From contig CAYVCX010000003.1 of assembly GCA_964450435.1 (NCBI GenBank), forward strand, positions 56,221 through 120,220: 64,000 bases of DNA, read 5' to 3'. Below the pieces are notes generated by a model, which worked only from the letters and a program-made list of their open reading frames with translations, did not search any database and had not been told where the DNA came from. Origin of the DNA: an uncultured Anaerolineales bacterium (GTDB taxonomy: Bacteria > Chloroflexota > Anaerolineae > B4-G1). Positions within the stretch are counted from its first letter, which is position 1. Each line of letters starts with the position of its first letter. Positions 27,314-35,336 of the stretch are shown piece after piece. The position numbers and the translations under genes are program-made.

Positions 27314-27790
27314 ATGTTTGGACATAACAATCGGAGGGAGGCTGTACGTTTCCTGAAGTTCTCCGCAGTCGGGACCCTGGGCACGGTCATCGATTTTGGT
27401 ATCCTTAATCTCCTTGTGCAGTTTGCAGCGTTTCCCAAGGCGCTCGCCAACGTGTTCTCCTTCTCTGCTGCTGTGGTCAGCAATTTCTTGTGGAACCGGC
27501 TCTGGGTTTATCCCGAGAGCCGCGATGAGTCTTTCTTCAAACAGTTTGCCCAGTTCTTCGTCGTCAACGTGGCTGGTCTGGCGATCAACACGACGATCTT
27601 CTACGGCTCCGACCGCTGGCTGTTGGGCCCTGCTGGGCTTTTCGCTGGTCCTGTCGGTGTCCTTGCGCTTGGCATCGGCATGTCGCACTTCAACTTCGCT
27701 TACAATGCAGCAAAACTGGCCGCCACTACGACGGTCCTGTTCTGGAACTTTTTCGCCAACCGGTTGTGGACATTCGGCAACGTGGATTGA
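27314..27790 (+). CDS. GtrA family membrane protein
   Basis: FLKFSAVGTLGTVIDFGILNLLV...NFLWNRLWVY...LFWNFFANRLWTF is the GtrA-like pattern. ATG at 27314 follows the preceding stop codon. Confidence 0.75.
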   Translation: MFGHNNRREAVRFLKFSAVGTLGTVIDFGILNLLVQFAAFPKALANVFSFSAAVVSNFLWNRLWVYPESRDESFFKQFAQFFVVNVAGLAINTTIFYGSDRWLLGPAGLFAGPVGVLALGIGMSHFNFAYNAAKLAATTTVLFWNFFANRLWTFGNVD

Positions 27791-27885
27791 CCGGCACCGG
27801 CTCCTTCGTGAGTGCGACCTCGTGTCTCGCCTGGGCAAGCGCCGGGTGAACGGGCTGGTCAGGCAGGAATCAGATCTCCGGGATC

Positions 27886-29028
27886 ATGCGCATCGGCATT
27901 GACTACACGTCTGCAGTGCGCCAACGCGCTGGCATCGGCCGCTATACTCGCGAGCTGGTGGCTGAGCTTCTGTTGTCGGCGAACGGGCATCAGTATACCA
28001 TCTTTGCCGCCACCGGTGGGCTGAAGGACGGCGAGTGGCGTTCGGACCTTCGGCGGGAGGGCGTTCGGTTCCGGTGTTTCCCTCTCAGCGACGACTGGCT
28101 GGCACGGCTGTGGCACCGTCTTCGCTTGCCGATTCCGGTGGAGGTGGTCACCGGTTTCCTTGACGTTTTCTACTCGCCCGACTTCGCGCTGCCGCCCACG
28201 GTTCCGGCGACGAAGACGCTGCTTACGGTGCACGATCTATCGTTTGTGCGACACCCCGACACCTTTGTGCCATCTTTGCGAGGTTACCTGGAGGAGGTCG
28301 TTCCACGATCGATTGACCGGGCCGACCTGGTGTTGGCTGACTCAGCTCATACACGTTCTGACCTCATTTCTCTCTTCGGCGTCGCGCCCAACATTGTCAA
28401 CGTGGTCTATCCTGGCGTCGATTCGCGCTTCCGACCGCAGTCGAACCGCGGTGAGCGGGAACGAATACGTGCTCGGTACGGAATTGAGGATCAGCCCTAT
28501 GTTCTCAGCGTGGGCACGCTCCAGCCGCGCAAGAACTACGTCCGCTTGATTGACGCATTCATGCGGATGCGCGCAGAGGTCGATCCAGGCGTGCAATTGC
28601 TCATCGCCGGGGAGCGTGGGTGGCTCTGCGACCGGATCCTGGCCGAGGCGAACAAGCACGAAAGCGTTCGGCTCCTTGGTTTCGTCAGCGATGAAGATCT
28701 TCCAGCCCTCTATCGAGGAGCGAGCCTCTTCGCGTTTGCGTCGCTCTACGAGGGTTTCGGCTTGCCCGTGCTCGAAGCGATGGCATGCGGCGTCCCGGTG
28801 GTCTGCTCCGATGCCTCGTCGCTGCCGGAGGTTGCGGGCGACGCGGCTCTACTTGTGAACCCCTGCGCTGTCGATGAGTTGGCCCACGCAATGAGTCGAG
28901 TCCTTCGAGAGGACAGCCTGCGGCAAGGGCTGGCTGATCGTGGTCTTGCCCAGGCGGCCCGCTTCACGTGGCAGCGGTCAGCTCGACAGGTCCGGGCCCT
29001 CATCGAATCCTTGAGGGAAACCGTGTGA
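27886..29028 (+). CDS. glycosyltransferase family 4 (GT-B, retaining)
   Basis: 380 aa. C-terminal block FAFASLYEGFGLPVLEAMACGVPVVCSDASSLPEVAGDAALLV is the typical GT4/GT1 EX7E region. Confidence 0.85.
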   Translation: MRIGIDYTSAVRQRAGIGRYTRELVAELLLSANGHQYTIFAATGGLKDGEWRSDLRREGVRFRCFPLSDDWLARLWHRLRLPIPVEVVTGFLDVFYSPDFALPPTVPATKTLLTVHDLSFVRHPDTFVPSLRGYLEEVVPRSIDRADLVLADSAHTRSDLISLFGVAPNIVNVVYPGVDSRFRPQSNRGERERIRARYGIEDQPYVLSVGTLQPRKNYVRLIDAFMRMRAEVDPGVQLLIAGERGWLCDRILAEANKHESVRLLGFVSDEDLPALYRGASLFAFASLYEGFGLPVLEAMACGVPVVCSDASSLPEVAGDAALLVNPCAVDELAHAMSRVLREDSLRQGLADRGLAQAARFTWQRSARQVRALIESLRETV

Positions 29029-29029
29029 T

Positions 29030-29689
29030 GTGCCCAGCAGGAATGCGTCGTCTATGAGAGAACGGATCGCCACGAGGGCAGGCAACACCCCTGCTTTGTG
29101 CAGTTGGGAGTTCGCGGCCTCTGTCCTCATCTTGATCGGTTTTTTCGGGCCGTGGGTCGCGCACCGCTCTGCTGCCCTCACTGTGACGGGCTACGAGATG
29201 TCCGAGTTCGCGAAGTTCTTTCCGCAAGTGCAGGGTGGCGTTGTCTCGGTGAGGCGCGGTTTGTTCATCACGCCATTCCTCGCGGCTCTCATCACCCTGG
29301 CCCTGATTGTCCATCGGTCAAGCACGCGTTCTCTCCTGCGGCTGGTCGGCACGGCGCTGGCTGTGCTTCTGGCCCTGGCTGTGCTGCCCCCTCATCAGGC
29401 GATCCTTGAGCCCGCTTACCGATCTCAGCTGATCTTGGTTGCCGTCGGGATGTTGCTGGCAGCAGCGACCGCGTTCACCGGCCAGTTCTCTCAGCGGGCT
29501 CGTGCCGTCTTGTTTCTGCTCGTGGCTGTTGTCGGGTTGGTTCCCTCGCTCTGGCAGTACGTGTTGCTCCGTCCGCTAATCGCGGAACTCTATGCAGCTC
29601 CCGTTCTGCTCGGTTGGGGCTTGGCTGTCTGCGTAACCGGTTTTCTGCTCCTCGCATTGAGTGCGCTGCGCGACATCCTTGCGTCTTGA
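29030..29689 (+). CDS. hypothetical polytopic membrane protein
   Basis: Several hydrophobic helices. The start may instead be the ATG at 29054. Confidence 0.5.
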   Translation: MPSRNASSMRERIATRAGNTPALCSWEFAASVLILIGFFGPWVAHRSAALTVTGYEMSEFAKFFPQVQGGVVSVRRGLFITPFLAALITLALIVHRSSTRSLLRLVGTALAVLLALAVLPPHQAILEPAYRSQLILVAVGMLLAAATAFTGQFSQRARAVLFLLVAVVGLVPSLWQYVLLRPLIAELYAAPVLLGWGLAVCVTGFLLLALSALRDILAS

Positions 29690-29717
29690 GCGTTGCCGAT
29701 GCTTTCGAAGGCACCCA

Positions 29718-30317
29718 TCAGATCCTCTCGTCTCCTTGCAGTCCCTTCCGTATCAGCCAGGCAGCCAAACCGATGATGAGCAGAGTCCCTTGGGCGGAGA
29801 CAGCTGTCCACTTGACGGTCGAGAACGCGCTTGCCAGAAGGGCGGCAGCGGGTAGCTCCTGGGGATAGCTTAGAAGCATGGTCGCGATGGAGATGTTCTC
29901 CAGGAAGTCGGCCACCATCGCCGCCGGGGGAATGAGCAGCGCCCTCTGCACCACGCCCTCCCGTGAGAATGCCCTATGGAACACGTGAGCCAGTACTAGG
30001 CTGAACACCAGAGCTGAAGCGACGGGAAAGATGATGTCTAGCGTCAGGGCGATGGTGGCGTAGTACTGCCGACCTGCCGGACCGTAGGCAGCGATCATAG
30101 TGTAGGCCTGTTCGGGCGAGTAGGCGATCAAGAAGTCGATCGCTCCTACGCCTCCCGAGAAGGTCTCGATCCTCCCATAGGCCGGGACCATCACCGCGGC
30201 GATGTAGACGGCGAATACAGTCATCACGACGAGTATTCGTCGCCCGGTCGCCAGTTTGAGGAGGCTGTCGGCCAAAGTGTCCAGCACTTGTGGGCTGGCT
30301 GTATTCTCTTGTTCCAC
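29718..30317 (-). CDS. hypothetical membrane protein
   Basis: 199 aa with 4-5 predicted TM helices and no recognisable catalytic motif. Confidence 0.5.
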   Translation of the reverse strand: MEQENTASPQVLDTLADSLLKLATGRRILVVMTVFAVYIAAVMVPAYGRIETFSGGVGAIDFLIAYSPEQAYTMIAAYGPAGRQYYATIALTLDIIFPVASALVFSLVLAHVFHRAFSREGVVQRALLIPPAAMVADFLENISIATMLLSYPQELPAAALLASAFSTVKWTAVSAQGTLLIIGLAAWLIRKGLQGDERI

Positions 30318-30701
30318 AGGTGAACCTTCCTCTCGATTCCGTTGAGCACAGGCCCGTCATCCGCCACATCGGCGCCGATGCCCGGCGGCGCCTCCCGGAC
30401 CAGGCATTACTCCAGGCGGCGGTAGGCTTGCGTCCTTTTTGGATGGGGCAGCAAATGTGCGGGAACGCAAGTGATGCCTGCCCTCTCGATTACCATCCTG
30501 AAGGATGTTCGTCTGGTGGGATTGCCTTCCGCTCCTGACCCTCACATTCCGACGGGTCAAGTTGGAAATCTCCTGTAGGGCGCCAATCCAGGCTCCCGAT
30601 ATGGCGCTCAGATTGCGTTGGTAGGCATGTGTGTTGACAGGATCTCAGACGCCGCGGTGGTCTCTACGTGCAGCCCCGGGGACCCAATAGAGAGCGCGCT
30701 G

Positions 30702-30730
30702 ATTATCGCCCCCCTATGCTAGTCTGTCAA
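30702..30730 (-). promoter_or_regulatory. sigma-A-like promoter on the minus strand, about 380 nt upstream of the membrane-protein gene
   Basis: On the minus strand: TTGACA, a 17-nt spacer, then GATAAT. Confidence 0.35.
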
Positions 30731-30931
30731 TGATGCCTGTCTGGTGCCCAGGCCTTGCGCTGATGTCCTCCAACCCGGGATCAGCCGGTCGCTTCGATCC
30801 CGAACGACGCCGAGCGCCGCAGCAACCGTTGGCCGAACGTCGCTGCGCTTCTCCCTGAGTGTCGTCCGTGAGAGCCCCACCCAATCTCCATTGCAGCACG
30901 GCAGATCGTCCGAGTTAGCAGGACCCTGGGC

Positions 30932-30959
30932 TTGACCAGCCGCCGGGGTCACTTATAAT
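30932..30959 (+). promoter_or_regulatory. sigma-A promoter on the plus strand, about 410 nt upstream of the DHH-CBS-CCA gene
   Basis: TTGACC, a 16-nt spacer, then TATAAT. Confidence 0.4.
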
Positions 30960-31376
30960 CAGATCTCTGCTCGCCTGTTTCTTGGCTGATCCGGGGGCTG
31001 CAGACGACGACGCAAATGGGGATGTCAGCCTGTTCTCTATTCCCTTTCCTGACAGCCAGCTAATCCGGCATCGTCCGTGCTGCTTGATGGGATGCTGAAG
31101 ACGGTGGGCGACAGTGACAGATCTAAACAGAATAGCTTGCGTCCTTCTGCTCTTGGGCGCAAAGCCCACAAGCGCGGTGGTTGGTGTCTCTTTTAAGTCC
31201 CACTGACCGACGCATCTACCAGATGGGACGCTCGTGCGGACAGGCACCGCTGGCTTGGCCAGAGCAATGGCTCAGTGGCGGCGTGGACGGAACAGGCTCG
31301 CGTATGGGACATTCGTGCCGCTCGGCTCTCTCGCTTGAGGGAAGGCGAGCCCGATTAGCCGGAAGGGAGCTGACGC

Positions 31377-33998
31377 TTGGAAGTCATCCTCACCCACGAA
31401 AACGCTGATTTCGATGCCATCGCCAGCTTGCTGGGGGCACGGAAGCTCTTCCCGGCTGCTGTCCCTGTGTTACCTCGCCGTATGAATCGCAACAGTCGTG
31501 CTTTTCTGGCACTGTACGGGGCAGAGCTTCCTTTCGTGCACCCCGACGATCTGCCGCGGAAGGAGATCGAACGAGCCATCCTGGTCGACACGCAGAGCCT
31601 GACCACGCTCAGGGGTATGGACCGGGATCTGAAGGTCGACATCATCGATCATCACAGGCTTGATCGCGACCTCCCGTCGAACTGGACATTCTCTGGCGAG
31701 CCTATTGGCTCTACAACGACCCTCCTCATCGAGGAGATCTCGGCACGCTTTCTCCAACTGAGCGATTTGGAGGCGACGCTCCTGCTGCTGGGCATCTATG
31801 AGGATACGGGCTCCCTATTGTATGAGTCGACGACCGTCCGAGACTTGCGAGCGGCTGCCTGGTTGATGGAGCAAGGCGCCCGGCTTGATCTGGTCGATGA
31901 GTTCTTGCACCATCCACTGGAGCCGGAGCAGCGGGAGCTCTACGAGCGTCTGCTGGAGAAGAGCGAATCCCACGAGATCGGGGGACACACGATCATCATC
32001 ACTGCTGAAAGAGCCCCGGGTTTCGCCGAAGGATTGTCTACCCTGGCGCACAAACTGCGCGACCTTCTCGAGCCTTCAGCGTTACTGATGCTGGTGGCCC
32101 TCGATGGACGCATTCAGCTGGTCGCTCGCAGCAACACGGACGATATTGACGTCTCCACTGTCGCAAAGCGCTTTGGTGGCGGAGGGCACGACCGTGCGGC
32201 AGCTGCGCTCATTCACAATCGCGAGTTGGAGGATGTCTATGAGGACCTGCTGGATATGCTGCCCGACATTGTCCAGCCATCAGTGACGGTTGCCGAAGTG
32301 ATGTCGCTGGGGGTACAGGTGCTGTCGCCTGTGGACACAGTCGGCGATGCTGCTGAACAGATGCGTCGGACGGGTCACGAAGGATACCCCGTTGTTCGCG
32401 ATGGTGAGGTGATTGGACTGGTGACTCGTCGAGCTGTGGATCGAGCAGAGCAGTTCGAGATGACGGACGCACCGGTTACTCAGGTGATGGATGCCGGCAA
32501 TGTTACCGTAAGCCCTGAGGACTCGCTCGAGTCCCTGCAGCGGTTGATGATCGAGAGTGGCTGGGGACAGATCCCGGTGATCGAGGGTGAAGATGTCATC
32601 GGAGTCGTCACCCGCACCGACCTGATCACACTTTGGGGCGTTCCGCCCGAGCCATCACGGCGCCTGAAGATTGCTGCACGGCTCAAGCATGCCCTGTCAG
32701 CTCCACTTTTTACTTTGGTGCGTCGTGTGTCGCGTACGGCCCACGAAATGGGGATCGTGCCTTACTTCGTCGGCGGCTTGGTGCGTGACCTACTGCTGGG
32801 CCAGTCCATTGTTGATGTGGACATGGTCGTTGAGGGAGACGCCATTGCCCTGGCCCATCGGCTGGCGGACAGACTTGGCGGCAGGGTGATCGCTCACAAG
32901 CGTTTCGGCACGGCCAAATGGATCCTATCCAGTCGTGTCTGGGCCAAGATCACCGATGAAGTTCACTCTGCTGATGAATTGCCTCCCAGCATCGATTTCG
33001 TCACAGCTCGCACGGAGTTCTACACTCACCCGACAGCGCTCCCGCAAGTCGCGCAGAGCTCGATTAAGCAGGACCTCCATCGCCGGGATTTCACCATCAA
33101 TACCCTTGCCATCCGGCTCGACCCCGACCGCTGGGGGCAACTCCTTGATTTCTACGGCGGCGAAGCAGACTTAGAGGAAGGGACCATTCGGGTGCTCCAC
33201 AGCCTCAGCTTCATCGACGATCCTACCCGAATTCTGCGGGCCGCACGGCTGGAATGTCGTCTCGGCTTCCGACTTGACCCACGGAGTGAGGAGCTGATTG
33301 AGGATGCGTTGCCCTTGCTGAAGCGAGTGAGCGGCGACCGCATCCGCCATGAGTTGGAGCTGATCTTCCGCGAGGACGAGCCAGAGCGAGCCCTGTGTCG
33401 GCTGGACGAGTTGGGGGCCTTGTCTGCCATTCACCCTGGGCTCCAGTGCGATCACTGGCTGAAGGAAAGGTATCGCACGATGCGGGAATGCTTGGACCCT
33501 GAGGTCTGGGAATTGGAGCCGGAAGATATGGGATTTGTCCAGCTGGCGCTGCTGGCCTGCCGGCTCGATGAACAGGAGCTTCGCATGTTTTCGGACCGCC
33601 TTAACGTGAAGAAGGAGACCGAGACGGACCTGCTCTCGGTGCACGACCTGAGACAGAGGATGCCGGAGCTTCTGGAGTTGACACGGCCGAGCGAGATGTA
33701 TCACCTTCTGCAGCCTTACGGATCTCGCGTCTTGGCAGTCGTTTGGACGGTCGCCGACAGCAAAGAAGGTCGACGACGCTTGATCCGCCATCAGACCGAG
33801 TGGAGATTCGTCGAGTCTGAGATTACCGGTGACGACTTGAAGGCTATGGGATTGGAGCCAGGCCCGCTGTTCGGCCATCTGTTGACAGCACTCCGGGACG
33901 CTCGACTGGATGGCGAGGTCAGCACGCGAGAGGAGGAGATGACCATGGTCAGGCGGATTATGGCCGCTGAGGATCAGCTCACCGCGGAGGAGCGATGA
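31377..33998 (+). CDS. fusion protein: DHH/DHHA1 phosphoesterase (NrnA-like), tandem CBS domains and tRNA nucleotidyltransferase / poly(A) polymerase (CCA-adding family)
   Basis: 873 aa. DHH motif (IIDHHRL) and DHHA1 GGGH. Two CBS-like segments. A class-II nucleotidyltransferase head (FVGGLVRDLLLG...DVDMVV...RRDFTINTLA). TTG start with GGAAGGGAG SD. Confidence 0.8.
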   Translation: MEVILTHENADFDAIASLLGARKLFPAAVPVLPRRMNRNSRAFLALYGAELPFVHPDDLPRKEIERAILVDTQSLTTLRGMDRDLKVDIIDHHRLDRDLPSNWTFSGEPIGSTTTLLIEEISARFLQLSDLEATLLLLGIYEDTGSLLYESTTVRDLRAAAWLMEQGARLDLVDEFLHHPLEPEQRELYERLLEKSESHEIGGHTIIITAERAPGFAEGLSTLAHKLRDLLEPSALLMLVALDGRIQLVARSNTDDIDVSTVAKRFGGGGHDRAAAALIHNRELEDVYEDLLDMLPDIVQPSVTVAEVMSLGVQVLSPVDTVGDAAEQMRRTGHEGYPVVRDGEVIGLVTRRAVDRAEQFEMTDAPVTQVMDAGNVTVSPEDSLESLQRLMIESGWGQIPVIEGEDVIGVVTRTDLITLWGVPPEPSRRLKIAARLKHALSAPLFTLVRRVSRTAHEMGIVPYFVGGLVRDLLLGQSIVDVDMVVEGDAIALAHRLADRLGGRVIAHKRFGTAKWILSSRVWAKITDEVHSADELPPSIDFVTARTEFYTHPTALPQVAQSSIKQDLHRRDFTINTLAIRLDPDRWGQLLDFYGGEADLEEGTIRVLHSLSFIDDPTRILRAARLECRLGFRLDPRSEELIEDALPLLKRVSGDRIRHELELIFREDEPERALCRLDELGALSAIHPGLQCDHWLKERYRTMRECLDPEVWELEPEDMGFVQLALLACRLDEQELRMFSDRLNVKKETETDLLSVHDLRQRMPELLELTRPSEMYHLLQPYGSRVLAVVWTVADSKEGRRRLIRHQTEWRFVESEITGDDLKAMGLEPGPLFGHLLTALRDARLDGEVSTREEEMTMVRRIMAAEDQLTAEER

Positions 33999-34336
33999 GT
34001 GATCGCGCGAGAAGATGGCCGTTGACGACGCAGATCGTCGCGGGCGAACCGATTCGAGTGAAGAGACACGAGCTCATCCCGTTCGTTCGTGTCACGAGCC
34101 GGATGCGCCGACGAGCCTTCGTGGGAAGCAGGGGAGTGGCGGGACACGGTTGGGGGTTCATTCGTATGAGGCCGGTCGCAGTTCTGCGTCGGAGCGACAG
34201 CGATGAGCAGCGCCTCTTCTTTGCTGACGAGACGACGCGCTCAATTCTGCGCTTGCTGCTGGTGGCCCTTGTCGTTCCCGTTGCTGTAGTCATACTGGTC
34301 CAACTGTTTCGTCGAGCTCGCGCCACCCCTTCTTAG
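33995..34336 (+). CDS. hypothetical small protein with a C-terminal TM helix; weak
   Basis: The ATG overlaps the upstream stop (ATGA). Arg-rich. Hydrophobic helix near the C-terminus. No homology recognised. Confidence 0.3.
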   Translation: MSDRARRWPLTTQIVAGEPIRVKRHELIPFVRVTSRMRRRAFVGSRGVAGHGWGFIRMRPVAVLRRSDSDEQRLFFADETTRSILRLLLVALVVPVAVVILVQLFRRARATPS

Positions 34337-34519
34337 GGACTGTTCGAAGCAAATCAGGAGAAGAAAGCGCCAAGAACCCCTGCTAACGCGTTGGCGACGA
34401 CATGGGTGGAAGTAGCTGGGGTTGATGACTCAGCCCAGTGCCGCAAAGAACCTCTAGCGGCCTGTGGTGGCCTCTCAAGGGGTACTGGATTTGCTTCGAA
34501 ATCGCTCAGGGCTCTTGGC

Positions 34520-34548
34520 TTGACAACCCCCTGGGGGGTGGTTATAAT
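34520..34548 (+). promoter_or_regulatory. sigma-A promoter of rpsU
   Basis: TTGACA, a 17-nt spacer containing the palindrome CCCCCTGGGGGG, then TATAAT. AT-rich surroundings. Confidence 0.5.
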
Positions 34549-34583
34549 TAATTTTGCTAACATTTCTTATAAGGAGAGAGTGG

Positions 34584-34790
34584 ATGAGCAAGGTGCAACT
34601 GAGGAATGGGGAATCGTTTGAGTCGCTGCTGAAGCGCTTCAATAAACAGGTTCACAGCGACCGGGTTCTGTGGGAAGCTCGTCGGCGTCGCTTCTTCGAG
34701 AAGCCCAGTGTGGTTCGAAAGCGCAAACGGGCGGCCAAGTTGCGCAAGAGTCGGCAGCAGACGCTCAAGGATCAGCAAGGTAGCTTCTAA
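34584..34790 (+). CDS. rpsU: 30S ribosomal protein S21
   Basis: MSKVQLRNGESFESLLKRFNK...RRRFFEKPS; AAGGAGA SD. The ATG at 34554 in the ORF track is upstream of the real start. Confidence 0.9.
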   Translation: MSKVQLRNGESFESLLKRFNKQVHSDRVLWEARRRRFFEKPSVVRKRKRAAKLRKSRQQTLKDQQGSF

Positions 34791-34796
34791 GGGGCG

Positions 34797-35261
34797 ATGG
34801 ACCTTAAGCAGCGATTGCGGCACGATCTGAGAGAAGCTCTCCGGGCGGGTGACGAGCGGAGGAAGAGCGTCATTCGTATGGCCCTGGCTGCCGTCACGAA
34901 TGCTGAAATTGAGAAGGGGAGGCAGTCGGGACAGACTGAGCTGGAGGAGGATGAAGTCGTCGCCGTTCTCCGGAGACAAGCGAAGCAACGGCGAGAGACC
35001 ATTGAAGAGCTGGAGGAGGTAAGTCGGCCTGATCTGCTCGCTGCAGAGCGGAAAGAGCTGGCTATTCTGGAGGAATACCTGCCGGAGCAGCTCTCCCGTG
35101 AGGAGATTGTTGAAGAAGCTCGGCGAGTCATCGAGGAGCTCGGAGCGACCGGGATGAAGCATATGGGACCGGTTATGGGCCGCTTGATGTCAAAACTCAG
35201 GGGACGGGCTGACGGCAGTATCGTAAACAGGATTGTGCGCGAGCTATTGACCAGCCAATAG
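34797..35261 (+). CDS. yqeY: GatB/YqeY domain protein
   Basis: 154 aa in the conserved position right after rpsU. ALRAGDERRKSVIRMALAAV...IEKGRQ fits the YqeY family. Confidence 0.75.
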   Translation: MDLKQRLRHDLREALRAGDERRKSVIRMALAAVTNAEIEKGRQSGQTELEEDEVVAVLRRQAKQRRETIEELEEVSRPDLLAAERKELAILEEYLPEQLSREEIVEEARRVIEELGATGMKHMGPVMGRLMSKLRGRADGSIVNRIVRELLTSQ

Positions 35262-35336
35262 GCACTCGCTGTCCAGGCAGTATACATAACCGTGACGAGA
35301 GGGAGCGCCTTAGGTGCTCCCTTTTCTTGATATCTT

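Noticed and set aside
30786-30808. TTCGATCC tRNA T-loop-like motif
   Set aside because: The flanking sequence cannot form T-stem, acceptor-stem or anticodon arms. I found no tRNA anywhere in the window.
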